From Thermoanaerobaculia bacterium (GTDB taxonomy: Bacteria; Acidobacteriota; Thermoanaerobaculia; UBA5066), in NCBI GenBank assembly GCA_963816185.1, contig CAWFJJ010000001.1, positions 632,464 through 696,463 on the forward strand: a stretch of 64,000 bases of DNA, read 5' to 3'. Below are positions 33,173 to 43,361 of the stretch, piece after piece (the stretch's first letter is position 1; each line of letters opens with the position of its first letter). Below the pieces are notes generated by a model. It was not told the DNA's origin. It did not search any database and was given only the letters and a program-made list of their open reading frames with translations. The position numbers and the translations under genes are program-made.

Positions 33173-33775
33173 CGATCTCGGCCCGTGCCGGCGCAGAGGA
33201 TGCGACCCCGAAGATCGACGCTCGAGCGCGTCGTCGACGGCCGCGGGAACCGGTTTTGCGACATCGCGAAGGCGTCCGTGAAGAGCGAGAACGAGCGTCG
33301 GAGCGCGTGGGTCGTGCGCGGCTTGCTCCGGAGCGATCTCGTCCTGCGGCGCGAAGTCCGCAGGGATGCGAACAGCGGGGAGTCGACGGTCGACGAGATC
33401 CGTCTCGGCGACGGGGCGCCGCTGCGCTTCGAGGGCGGCGCCCCGGGAAGCCGCGTCACGGCGGCGTCGCCTGTCTCGACCTTTCGTTACTTCGACGTCG
33501 ACGTCACCCGGCCGACCGTGCGCTGCAACCTCTCGCGCCTCGTCGAGGAGACCGACCACGAGCTCCTGGGCGCCGCCGCGGACTACTGGGCGATGAAACA
33601 GGGAATGGGGGAGAAGGTCTCGATCGAGGAGCTGCCCGTGCTCATGCTTCTCGCGATCGAGAAGCGCCCGCCGCTCCCGTCGCCGCCGATTCGAAAGAAG
33701 AAACCTCTTTCCGAGGACGCGCCGGAGGCGGTCGATCTGAAGTCCGCCGCTCTCGCGGCGCTCGGCGAGGAGTAG
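33074..33775 (+). CDS. hypothetical protein, 5' end uncertain and probably frameshifted
   Basis: Coding-like 3' part; a signal-peptide-like RIFFFFLLSISARAGA|ED lies in another frame at about 33148-33200. Confidence 0.55.
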   Translation: MKIGSRLARAALPRARTAPSSPFLRESSSSFFSRSRPVPAQRMRPRRSTLERVVDGRGNRFCDIAKASVKSENERRSAWVVRGLLRSDLVLRREVRRDANSGESTVDEIRLGDGAPLRFEGGAPGSRVTAASPVSTFRYFDVDVTRPTVRCNLSRLVEETDHELLGAAADYWAMKQGMGEKVSIEELPVLMLLAIEKRPPLPSPPIRKKKPLSEDAPEAVDLKSAALAALGEE

Positions 33776-33779
33776 GGCC

Positions 33780-35261
33780 CTACCAGGGAAGACCGCGGAC
33801 CTCGCGCGCGCGCCGATAGACGGCCTCGTACTTTTCGGCGGAGCGGTCCCACGAGAAGTCCTGCGCCATCCCGTTCTCGACGATCCGGCGCCACCGGTCC
33901 CGCTGGAAGAAGACGTGCTGGGCGCTGAGGACCTCGGCCGCGAGGGCGTGGGGCGCCGGCGCGTCGAAGGAGAAGCCGGTCGCGCGATCGAGGTTCCAGC
34001 CGTCGTACGACACCACCGAGTCCGCGAGGCCGCCCGTCCTGCGCACGATCGGCGGCGTTCCGTAAGCGAGCGAATACATCTGGCTGAGGCCGCACGGCTC
34101 GAATCGCGACGGCATGACGAAGGCGTCGGCCCCGGCCTCGATCAGGTGTGCGACCGGCTCGTCGTAGCCGACGAACCCGCGGAAGCGGCCGGGAGCGTGC
34201 GCTTCGAGGAGGCGCATCGCGCCCTCGAGGGCCGGCTCGCCTGAGCCCAGCATCGCGATGCGGATTCCGCGCCTGATGAGCTCGGGCGCCGCCTCGAGCA
34301 GGAGGTCGAAGCCTTTCTGGTCCGTGAGGCGTCCGATCGCGCCGAGGATCATCGCGGGGTCGCCCGGCTCGAAGCTCGCGATCCGACACAGCTCCGCGCG
34401 GCACTCGGCTTTCCCGCGGAGGTCCTCGCGACTGTAGCGAGCGGGAAGGTGGGGGTCGCGCGCGGGATTCCAGACCGACGTGTCGACTCCGTTCAGGATC
34501 CCGACGACGCGGTCGGTGCGGGCGCCGAGGACGGCCTCGAGGCCGAAGCCTCCCGCTTTCGTGCGAATCTCGTTCGCGTACGTGGGGGAGACGGCCGTGA
34601 TCATGTCGGCGGCCACGATGGCGCCCTTGAGAAGGTTCACGGCGCCGCGAAACTCGACGGCGCCGCCCGTCCACGCGGCATCGGGCAGGCCGAGGATGGG
34701 AAATTCCTCGCGGCCGTAGACGCCCTGATATCCGAGGTTGTGGATCGTGAGCACGGACGCGACGTCGTCGAACCAGCGATCACGCCAGTTGCTCCACGCC
34801 CCGAGCATCGGAGCGAGCGCGGGATGCCAGTCGTGCGCATGGAGGACTCGCGGGCGCCGGTCGAGCCTCTTCAGTGCGTCGATCGCGGCCCGGACGAAGA
34901 GCGTGAAGCGCCAGAGCCCGTCGTCGCGACCCCGGTCGTCCGGCGCGTAGATCTGCCGGCGGTGGAAGAGCGGGTCGTGCGCGACGAAGTAGACCGGGAC
35001 GGTGCTGCCGGGCAGCAGGTCCCAGAGGAGGCCGACCGTGTGCGCGCGTCCGAGAATCGAGACCTCGAACGGGGGCAGCGCGGCCTCGGGCCAGGACTGG
35101 CGGCGGCGGTACCAGCGCGCCGCCTCGAGATGAAACGGCATGAACACGTCGACGTCGTGTCCGCGCGCCGCGAGCGCCTTCGGAAGGGAGCCCACGACGT
35201 CTCCGAGACCTCCCGTCTTCGCGAACGGGGCACATTCGGCTGCGAGGTGCGTGATGCGCAG
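33780..35261 (-). CDS. glgA: glycogen synthase, probable CTG start
   Basis: (M)RITHLAAECAPFAKTGGLGDV, HAHDWH, TIHNLGYQG, QKGFDLL, MPSRFEPCGL, TGGLADSV. Confidence 0.95.
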   Translation of the reverse strand: MRITHLAAECAPFAKTGGLGDVVGSLPKALAARGHDVDVFMPFHLEAARWYRRRQSWPEAALPPFEVSILGRAHTVGLLWDLLPGSTVPVYFVAHDPLFHRRQIYAPDDRGRDDGLWRFTLFVRAAIDALKRLDRRPRVLHAHDWHPALAPMLGAWSNWRDRWFDDVASVLTIHNLGYQGVYGREEFPILGLPDAAWTGGAVEFRGAVNLLKGAIVAADMITAVSPTYANEIRTKAGGFGLEAVLGARTDRVVGILNGVDTSVWNPARDPHLPARYSREDLRGKAECRAELCRIASFEPGDPAMILGAIGRLTDQKGFDLLLEAAPELIRRGIRIAMLGSGEPALEGAMRLLEAHAPGRFRGFVGYDEPVAHLIEAGADAFVMPSRFEPCGLSQMYSLAYGTPPIVRRTGGLADSVVSYDGWNLDRATGFSFDAPAPHALAAEVLSAQHVFFQRDRWRRIVENGMAQDFSWDRSAEKYEAVYRRAREVRGLPW

Positions 35262-35268
35262 AGCGGCC

Positions 35269-36111
35269 TCAGTTCACGAGGACGTCGGTCGTCAGAGTCT
35301 GCGTGGACGTCGCGACGGAAATGCGTGCCGTCCCGCGCGCCACGCCCGTGACGGCGCCGTTCGAGACCGTAGCCGTCTTCGGGTCGGAAGACGTCCAGGC
35401 CAGCGCGGCATCCTCGATGAGGACGCCCGTGGGGTCCCGGATCGTCGCCATGATCCTCTGTGTCTCGCCCACCTTCAGGATCAAGGTGACGGGGGTGAGC
35501 TCGAACGTGGCGATCACGCGGTGAAGGACCTTTACGTCGCACGCGGAGCTCACGTCGCTGCCGAGGCTGGCGATGATCGTCGTCTGGCCCTCGGCACCGG
35601 ACGTCACGCCCCCCTCCCCGTCGACGGTCGCGACCTTCGGGTCTCCCGAGATCCACTTCGGCTTCAGGGGAGACAGGTTTCCCTTTCCGTCCTTGATCTC
35701 GGCGAGAAGCGACGTCTTCGTCCCCGCTGGCCCGACGAGCGTGATGCGGCTCGGGGTGACCGTGAGGGACGAGACGTCCATGACCTCCACGACGGCGCTC
35801 GACGTGAGGTTCTTGAAGGTCGCCGTCATGATCGCGCGCCCGGGCGCGAGAGATCGAACGACTCCGTTCGCGTCGATCGTCGCGATCTTGGGTTTGTCGG
35901 TGACCCAGACGGCGGTCAGGCCCGGCATCGGATTGCCCTTCTTGTCGGTGATCTCGTACTTGAGAGACTGATTGCGGCCCGTTCCGTAGAGGGTCACTTT
36001 GGCCGGCGTGATCCGGAGGTCGGACGGCCTGGGACGGCAGGCCTCGGCGGCCAGCATGATCACAGAAAGAACGAGGGCCTTTCCGGCAAGGCCCGCGAAA
36101 CATCTTTTCAT
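35269..36111 (-). CDS. secreted or lipoprotein with three Big_2-type Ig-like domains
   Basis: Repeated ITP….W.S.DPKVATVD..G.V.G…G.T.I.A units; N-terminal hydrophobic signal. Confidence 0.85.
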   Translation of the reverse strand: MKRCFAGLAGKALVLSVIMLAAEACRPRPSDLRITPAKVTLYGTGRNQSLKYEITDKKGNPMPGLTAVWVTDKPKIATIDANGVVRSLAPGRAIMTATFKNLTSSAVVEVMDVSSLTVTPSRITLVGPAGTKTSLLAEIKDGKGNLSPLKPKWISGDPKVATVDGEGGVTSGAEGQTTIIASLGSDVSSACDVKVLHRVIATFELTPVTLILKVGETQRIMATIRDPTGVLIEDAALAWTSSDPKTATVSNGAVTGVARGTARISVATSTQTLTTDVLVN

Positions 36112-36121
36112 CGCGGCGATT

Positions 36122-36901
36122 CTAGCGCGCGGGTGTCGTCAATCCTGCGGGCACGGCCTGGTTGTCCATGCGCTGCGCGATGAGGTCGGTGCGGCGCTCC
36201 CAGGCCGCCGGATGCGCGCGGTACCATGCCGGACCCGGGATCAGGGCGGCGAGATGCGCCGCGTCCCGGGTCGAGAGGCGGCTCGCGTTCACGCCGAAGA
36301 GCGCGCGTGACGCCGCCTCGCAGCCATAGGTCGTCTCGCCGAACTCGATCGCCGAAAGATAGATCTCGAGGATCCGCGCCTTCGGCACGAGGAGGTCGAG
36401 GGTGGCGGCGAGAACCGCCTCGCGCCCCTTCCGCCACCAGGTGCGGTCGCCCGTGAGCCACAGGTTCTTCACGAGCTGCTGCGTGATCGTCGACGCGCCG
36501 TGAAGGCGTTTTCTGCGGCTCCTCGCGTGCGCCTCGTTCCAGCGGTGGGCCGAAGAGACCGCATCCCAATCGATCCCGTGGTGCTCGAAGAAACGGGAAT
36601 CTTCCGCGGTGAGGACCGCCTGCACGAGGGCGGGCGAGACCTGAGAGAGGCGAACGGGGCGCCGGTCGATCGTGTCGCTCTTGCCAAGGGCGCGCAGGTG
36701 CGCCCTTCGGGCCTCGATGAACGCGGTGGTCTTCGGGTCGCGCCAGCGGAGGAGAATGATCTGCGGAAGAGGGATGAAGACGAGGAAAAGGAAGATGAAG
36801 AGAAGAAGAAGAGAGAGATTTCTTAGAAGGTGAAGAGAAGAAACCCCGCGGCCCCCGTGGCGCGCTTCGGCGGATTGCGACGCGCCGGCCCCGTCTTTCA
36901 T
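36122..36901 (-). CDS. mtgA: monofunctional peptidoglycan transglycosylase
   Basis: AEDSRFFEHHGIDW, GASTITQQLVKNL, RKGRE, K.RILEIYL. Confidence 0.92.
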   Translation of the reverse strand: MKDGAGASQSAEARHGGRGVSSLHLLRNLSLLLLFIFLFLVFIPLPQIILLRWRDPKTTAFIEARRAHLRALGKSDTIDRRPVRLSQVSPALVQAVLTAEDSRFFEHHGIDWDAVSSAHRWNEAHARSRRKRLHGASTITQQLVKNLWLTGDRTWWRKGREAVLAATLDLLVPKARILEIYLSAIEFGETTYGCEAASRALFGVNASRLSTRDAAHLAALIPGPAWYRAHPAAWERRTDLIAQRMDNQAVPAGLTTPAR

Positions 36902-36912
36902 TCGAAGAAAAA
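36790..36912. repeat. convergent motif pair at the mtgA 5' end, 81 bp
   Basis: GAAGAGAGAGATTTCTTAGAAGGTGAAGAGAAG … TTTCATTCGAAGAAAA. Confidence 0.85.
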
Positions 36913-36956
36913 GCGCCGTTGCCGTTGCCCCGGCGCAACCGGCATCGGGCGGGTCC

Positions 36957-38316
36957 TTAGCCGAGAACTTCCGTCAACGCCGCCCGCAGCCGCTGGACGC
37001 CGAGCGCCGCCTCGTCCCGCGTGAGGGTGAGCGGCGGGCGCAGCCGGATCGCGCGCTCACCCGAAGGCAGAGACATCACGTTGTGCTTCTGGAGCCAGCT
37101 GGACAGGACGCTGCCTCGCGCCTTCCCGTCCGGCAGGTCGAACGCGATGAAGAGGCCGCGCCCCCTCACGTTCGTCATCTTTCCGGGGAACTCCGAGGCA
37201 ACCTCGTTCAGCTTGCCGAGCAGGAACTCGCCCGTCGCTCTTCGCGTTCTCGACGAGCTTCTCCTCGGCCATGATCTCGAGGATCTTGCGGCAGCGCACC
37301 ATGTCGACGAGGTTCCCGCCCCATGTGGAGTTGATGCGCGAAGAGACCGTGAAGACGTTGTCCTTCTCCTCGAGGATGCGCTCGTTCGAGGCGAAGCCGC
37401 AGACCTGCGTCTTCTTGCCGAATGCGAAGAGATCGGGCGTGACGCCGAGACCCTGGAACGCCCACATCGTCCCGGTGAGGCCCATGCCGGTCTGCACCTC
37501 GTCGAGGATGAAGAGCATGTCGTGCTCGTCGCAGAGCGCGCGCACGCGGGCGAGAAATTCCGGGCGAAAATGGTTGTCGCCGCCTTCTCCCTGGATCGGC
37601 TCGAGGATGAACGCGGCGATGTCGTCGCCGCTGTCGTGGATCGCCTGCTCCGCCTGCGCGATCGAGAGGTTCTCGAGAGCGATCGTCGCACCGAGGCTCT
37701 CCGGCGTGACCGGAAACGTGAGCTTCGGGTTCACGACGCGCGGCCAGTCGAACTTCGGGAAGTACATCGTCTTCCGCGGATCGCTCGTGTTCGTGAGCGA
37801 GAGGGTGTAGCCGCTCCGGCCGTGAAAGGCCTGCTCGAAATGCAGGATCTTCGTCCCCACCTCGCGCCGGTGGCCCTTGCGGAAGTTCCGGCGTACCTTC
37901 CAGTCGAAGGCGGCCTTGAGCGTGTTCTCGACCGCGAGCGCGCCGCCCTCGACGAAGAACAGATGCCGCGCGTGGGACTCGGGCACGCCGAGCCGCGCGA
38001 ACGTCTCGACGAAGGACGCCATCTGTTCGGTGTAGATGTCGCTGTTCGCCGGCTTCGTGACGGCGCTCCACGCGAGCTCATCGAGGAACTCGGGCGTGGT
38101 CATCTTCGGGTGGGCGTAGCCGATCGGGCACGTCGCGAAATGCGAGAAAAAATCCAGGATCTGGACGCCGTGGAGGGAGTCGTGGAGGAAGCTGCCGCGC
38201 GAGGCTTTGAGATCCATGACGACGTGGTAGCCGTCGACGAGAATGTGCTTCGAGAGGGACTCGAGGACTGTCTTGGCCGGCACGTCGGGCTTCACGGAGG
38301 AGGGGGGAAGAGCCAT
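36957..38316 (-). CDS. lat: L-lysine 6-transaminase; frameshift near 37238
   Basis: KPANSDIY, FFVEGGALAVENTLKAAFDWK, EPIQGEGGD, DEVQTG, FGKKTQV, STWGG. Confidence 0.92.
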
Positions 38317-38384
38317 GGAAGGCATGATAACTCTTCCCCGTGATCGGCGTAAGGCATTGAAAAGAATGGCCTTGAGGCCTGCGA

Positions 38385-39542
38385 TCAGGTCTTCAGGATC
38401 ACCGTGGAACCGCCCCCCCTCATGGGAGCCACCTCCGCGGCGACGACGCAGTTCTTTCCCTTGAGCTTCGCGGCGTAGAGGGCGGAATCCGCCTTCTTGA
38501 GGATCTCGTTCTTCTGCTCGGCGACCGGCAGGGACGGGTTCACGTGGGCGCGGTACGTGGCCACGCCGACGGACATCGTGACGACGTTCTTGAGGTTCAA
38601 CGCGGGCTCGCCGGGTCCGATCGACATCGGAAGAAACGTCCAGTCGTCGATCGCCTTCCGGATTTTCTCGGCGATTGCGACGGCGGCGTTCAGATCCGCG
38701 TCGAGGAGAATCACCGTGAACTCGTCGCCGCCATAGCGGCAGGCGAGGGAAACGGTGTCGGCGAGCGTTCTCTGGAGGATGAACGAGACCTCCCGGAGCA
38801 CCTGGCTCCCCGCGAGATGGCCGTGCAGGTCGTTCACCCTCTTGAGGTGGTCGCAGTCGAGGAAGAGGAGGGCGAGCTCGCCTTCCTTCGATTCGCCGAG
38901 CCGGTCGATCTCGCGCTGGAGCTTCCGGTGGAAATAGCGGTCGTTGTAGAGCGACGTGAGCGAGTCGCGCCGGGCGACCTCGCGTGCGCGCCGCTCGTCG
39001 AGGAGGTTCTGGAGCGCGAGGGAAAGCGTGTCTCCGAACAGCTCCATGAGGCGCTCGTCGCGGGGCGTGAACGCGGGCTCGCCCTGGCGGTTGATGAGGA
39101 TGAGCGACCCGCACACGTGGTTCTCGATCACGACGGGCACCGCGAGGACGTTCGTAATCGGGATCTCGAGAAGAGCGTCGATCTCGCGTGAGAACGCGTG
39201 CGCGCCTCCTACCTCGTTTACGCACGTGCGCTCCCCCCGCGCGTACACGAAGCCCGCGATCCCATCCACGGGCCGGACCTTGCGGCCCACGGCGCTCTCC
39301 TTCACGTCTCCGGCCGTCACGATGATGGCGAGCTCGTTGCGCGAACGGTCGTCTTCCTTCGAGACGGGGTCGTCGAGAAGGAGGGCTCCGGCCTGAGAGG
39401 GCACGAACTCCATCGCGCGGTTCACGAGCGTGATGAGAAAGCGGTCGGGCGGCGTCCCGCTCGTCTCATCGAGCAGACGGTGCCGCTCCATGTATCGCAC
39501 GAGCTGCTTGGCCGAGATCACCCGGGCGACTCTTGTGTTCAC
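38385..39542 (-). CDS. GAF-GGDEF diguanylate cyclase
   Basis: DSLTSLYN, K.VND.HGHLAG, RYGGDEF, ADSALYAAK..GKN; N-terminal GAF. Confidence 0.93.
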   Translation of the reverse strand: MNTRVARVISAKQLVRYMERHRLLDETSGTPPDRFLITLVNRAMEFVPSQAGALLLDDPVSKEDDRSRNELAIIVTAGDVKESAVGRKVRPVDGIAGFVYARGERTCVNEVGGAHAFSREIDALLEIPITNVLAVPVVIENHVCGSLILINRQGEPAFTPRDERLMELFGDTLSLALQNLLDERRAREVARRDSLTSLYNDRYFHRKLQREIDRLGESKEGELALLFLDCDHLKRVNDLHGHLAGSQVLREVSFILQRTLADTVSLACRYGGDEFTVILLDADLNAAVAIAEKIRKAIDDWTFLPMSIGPGEPALNLKNVVTMSVGVATYRAHVNPSLPVAEQKNEILKKADSALYAAKLKGKNCVVAAEVAPMRGGGSTVILKT

Positions 39543-39594
39543 GATGACGACGCCATTTTACGCTTCGGGCGCCGTTGGACCCGGCGACAGCGGC

Positions 39595-41406
39595 TCAGGC
39601 GAGGCGCGAGAGGACGCGGGCGGCGTGCGCGCGCAGCGACGCGATCTTCACGTCGTAGTCGCCGAGCTGGGGCGCGGAGCGGAGGAAGTCCACGTCCGAA
39701 AGGAGAGTCCTCACGTCGTCGATCCGCGCGGCCGAGACGCCGCGTTCGGCGAGGCCGGAGAGGACATCGGCCGTGGATGCGCCGTCGGGAACGAGGTATC
39801 GGCGCGCGAGGAGCTCGCGGAGCGCCCGGTCCACGCGCGCGGCCGCTCGCTCCTTCGTCTCATCTAGCTCCGGGTCGAGAGCCTCGCGCCATGCGCCGTG
39901 GGTCCGCCGCCGCCGGACGGCGACGACCGCGCCGAATCCGAGGAGGGCCGCTCCCGGCAACGCGGCGAGCGCCCATAGCGGAAGCGTCACGGTATGGTTC
40001 GAAAGGTCGAGAGTGGTCTCGAGTCCGGTCTTCGCGATCCGTGGAGCCGGAGACGGTCCTGGGGTGGGCAGGAGCGGGAGCGTCGTCTCGGCGGTCGTGA
40101 GGCTGGAGGCCGGGCCCCTGGCGGCGCCGCCCTCGGCCACGAGCGTGAGCGGTGTCGTCGTCTTCGTCACGATGCGCTTTTCGGCGGGGTCGAAGACCGC
40201 GAGCGAGACCGGAGGAATCGTCACGGTTCCGTTTTCCTTCGGCACGAGGACGTAGGTCCACTCGGTCGCGACTTGCGTGCGGCCGGCCCGGGAGGAGTCG
40301 GTTTTCACGCTCGGGGGGTACAGCGTCGCGTTCGGCACCTCGAGCTTCGGCGCCTCGGTCGCCGTGCGCAGGTTTCCGGTGCCCGAAAGCCGGATGCGCA
40401 GCGTCACGGCCTCGCCGGGCGCCACCTTCGTGCGATCCAGCTTCGCGCTCAGGTCGAAGCGGCCCACAGGCCCGTGGAACGTGGGGTCGCCGGGGATCGG
40501 AAGGATCCTGAGGCTCACCGCCCGGGCGACGAGGTCCATGACCTGCGGGCGCGGGAAGAATCCGAACGGGTCGCCGAACGGGTCCGCGGAGCCGCGGACG
40601 CTCGTGCGGATCTTCGCTTCGGGAATGTTCACGATGCCCGGGTTGAGGCCCGAGACGATCTTCTTGAGCAGCGTGAAACGCATGACCGTGCGGCCGTCGA
40701 CGACGTCCCGGTGACCCACGGGCTTCTCGGGCTTCTCGAGATCCTCGGCCCAGCAGCCGGGGAACCGCGGCGGCTCTAGGTACTCGAGACCCTGCACGTC
40801 GGCCTGCGTGAGGAGCTCGTAATGCAGCGTGATCTCTTCGCCCACGTAGGCCGTCGTCTTGTCCGGCGTGACTCGGAACTCGATCAGGGGCTGCGCCTGC
40901 TGACCTGCGCGAGGAGGGCGGATCGAGGACACGTTGCGCCGGCGGAAGAGCTGCGCGATCGGATCGTCCTCCTCGGGCTCCGGCGCGGCGCCGCCGCGGC
41001 CGCGCGCTGGCCCGACTTCGAGAAGATAGCTCGCGGCCTTGACCGTCTTCTCGTCGAATCCGAACGAGACCTCGCCGATCTCGGCGGGACCCGTGCCCTG
41101 GGGCCGCAGGTAGTACGTGAGAGAGAGCGACCGGCTGAAGACGCCGTTCACGAAGGACACCTGCTCCGACCTCGATGGGCCGCCGGCGAGCGTGAGGTTC
41201 TTGAGAGGAAGGCTGGCGGGAAGTCTCAGCGTCCCGCCGAGGCCCGAGCCCGAGAACGTGTACGTGAGGCGCACGACGTCGTCCGCGGCGGGCCGTGCCT
41301 GGTCCACCAGAACCTGCACGGAGAGCTCGTCCGCGGCGCGTGCCGCAAACGCGACGAACGCGGCTGCGGCGAAGACGGTCGCTGCGGGAAACGCGGCGCG
41401 CCTCAC
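39595..41406 (-). CDS. batD: BatD-family protein
   Basis: Signal peptide, AYVGEEITL, PVGRF, GEAVTL…SGTGN, C-terminal TM; last gene of the Bat operon. Confidence 0.85.
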   Translation of the reverse strand: MRRAAFPAATVFAAAAFVAFAARAADELSVQVLVDQARPAADDVVRLTYTFSGSGLGGTLRLPASLPLKNLTLAGGPSRSEQVSFVNGVFSRSLSLTYYLRPQGTGPAEIGEVSFGFDEKTVKAASYLLEVGPARGRGGAAPEPEEDDPIAQLFRRRNVSSIRPPRAGQQAQPLIEFRVTPDKTTAYVGEEITLHYELLTQADVQGLEYLEPPRFPGCWAEDLEKPEKPVGHRDVVDGRTVMRFTLLKKIVSGLNPGIVNIPEAKIRTSVRGSADPFGDPFGFFPRPQVMDLVARAVSLRILPIPGDPTFHGPVGRFDLSAKLDRTKVAPGEAVTLRIRLSGTGNLRTATEAPKLEVPNATLYPPSVKTDSSRAGRTQVATEWTYVLVPKENGTVTIPPVSLAVFDPAEKRIVTKTTTPLTLVAEGGAARGPASSLTTAETTLPLLPTPGPSPAPRIAKTGLETTLDLSNHTVTLPLWALAALPGAALLGFGAVVAVRRRRTHGAWREALDPELDETKERAAARVDRALRELLARRYLVPDGASTADVLSGLAERGVSAARIDDVRTLLSDVDFLRSAPQLGDYDVKIASLRAHAARVLSRLA

Positions 41407-43361
41407 CAGTCCCTCGCGACGTGCCGCTTGCTGCGCTGCTCGGCGATCTTCTTCTTCTGCTCGTCGAGGTCGGAACGCTCGATGGCCGAGAGGAGCTGCT
41501 CGGCCTTGTCGCGCGTCATCTTCGCGTTCTGCTCGAACTCCCTCTCCTGCTGTTGCTTCTTCTGGGCGTCGCTTCCGGCCTGCTGCTTGTCCTTCTTGTC
41601 CCCCTTGTCTTTCTCGTCCTTCTGGTCCTTCTGATCCTTCTGTCCTTGCTGCTGCTGTTTCTGTTTCTGCTTCTGCTTCTCTTGCTCGGCGCGGCGTACG
41701 CACAGCTCGTAGTTCCAGGCGGCGTCCGCATCTCCCGGGCGGCGCTTCAGCGCCTCACGAAAGGCGACGGCTGCGGGCTCGTACTGCTTCTCGCGGTAGA
41801 GAGTCTGGCCCGTGTTGAACGCAGCGTCGGCCGCGACGGCGCCGCGCCCTTCCTTGCGCGCCCTCTCGAGCGACGCGAGAGCCTCGGCGGGCTTCCCGGC
41901 GCGCGACTGCGCGGTCCCGAGGTTGTAGCTGCCGGTCGGATCCTTCGAATCGATCTCGGTTTCCCGCAGGAAATGCGCGATCGCCTCGTCCGGCTTCTTC
42001 TCGTCCAGCGCTCTTCTGGCCCTTCTTCGCCTCGGAGCGGGGAGAAGAGAGGAATTTGCTTAGAAAGGGGAGAGGGGCGGTTGCGTCCGGGGACGCCTGA
42101 GCATCTGGCAGCGCAGGTGCGGCGGTGCCGCTCGAAGAGGCCGACGAGGAGGGCTGCGGCGCGGTTGCGCCGGCGCGGCCGGTGCCGGCTGCTGCGCCCG
42201 GGCGCGCGCGGCGACGGGAAGCATAAGGAGCAGCACAGCCGCCACCCCGAGCTCCGCGGCACCCTTCTTCCCCTTTCTAAGCAATCTTCTCTTAACCACA
42301 TTTTCTAGAAAACCCGCTGCTTCGGCACGTCTCGAAGCGCTCCTCCCTCGTCCGACTCCGAGCAATAGAAGCGCCAGCGCTCCCACCGCGACGCCGAGCG
42401 GAATCTGGAAGCGCTCCTCGAGCGACGTGACGAGGACCTCGGAAAGCGGGTGGCGCGCGCCGAGGTCGATCTGCCGGGCGACGCCCTCGAGATCGGTGCG
42501 GCCCGGGGAGACGACGGTGAACGAGCCTCCCGTCTCGGCCGCGAGCCGGCGGAGGAGCTCCGGGTCGGCCCTGGAGAGCACCGGCTGGCCGCTCGCGTCG
42601 GTCTTGAAACCGCTCGTGCGCCCCGCCGCGTCGACCTCCGGCACCGGGGCTCCGGCCCCGCCGAGGGATCCCACGAAAACGGAGTGGACGATGATCCCTT
42701 CGGCCTTCGCGCGACCGATCGCGGCATCGACCCCGCCCTCGAGGTCCTCGCCGTCCGAGAAGACGACGACGTTCCGGCCGCCCGCCGATCCGGCCGGGAA
42801 CAGGTCGGCCGCCGCCGCGAGACCCGAGGCGAGCGAGGTGCCGGGCCTGGCGCCCATGCCGGGCTCCATCGCGTCGAGGAAGAGTCCGACCGCCGAAGCG
42901 TCGAGAGTGAGCGGCACGAGGGCCTGGGCCTCTCCTTCGCAAGAGATCAATGCGGCGCGATCGCTTCCGAGGCGCGACAGGAGAGACTGTGCGGCCTGCC
43001 GTGCGAGGACGAAGCGCGAGGGCGAGACGTCCGTTGCGCGCATCGAGGCAGAGGTATCGAGGACGAAGACGACGTCGGCGCCCCGCCGTTGCGCGGTCTC
43101 GGCCGTATTTCCCCAGCGCGGCCGCGCGAGCGCAGCGGCGAGACCGAGCGCGACGAGAAGCGTGAGTACGGCGGCTGCAGCGGGGAAGCCGCTCGCGGGA
43201 GCGAGACGGGCCTTGGCCGCGAGCGCGGGAGAGACGAGCGCCGCGCTTCGGGCGGAGCGCCGCCGGACGGAGAAGATCAGGGCGCCGGCCGCAGCGCCCG
43301 CGAGGAGGAGTCCGGGAAGGAGCATGACCGGCTCGGCAAAAAGCGTCGTCCACGTACTCAT
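41403..43361 (-). CDS. batB: BatB-like VWA protein fused to BatC-like TPR and Gln/Lys-rich tail; frameshift(s) near 42010-42150
   Basis: ALARPRWG, LDTSASM.A.DV.PSR, FSDGED; downstream frame YNLG…FNTG…AAWNYEL…KDQ repeats…RDW. Confidence 0.82.
42040..42314. repeat. motif pair in batB with a perfect 16-bp inverted repeat
   Basis: TTGCTTAGAAAGGGGA 42056-42071 / TCCCCTTTCTAAGCAA 42269-42284. Confidence 0.85.

Noticed and set aside
41540-41690. CT-rich tract resembling the motif flanks
   Set aside because: It encodes the ordinary Gln/Lys/Asp-rich BatC-type linker and lacks the TTCTWAGAA core
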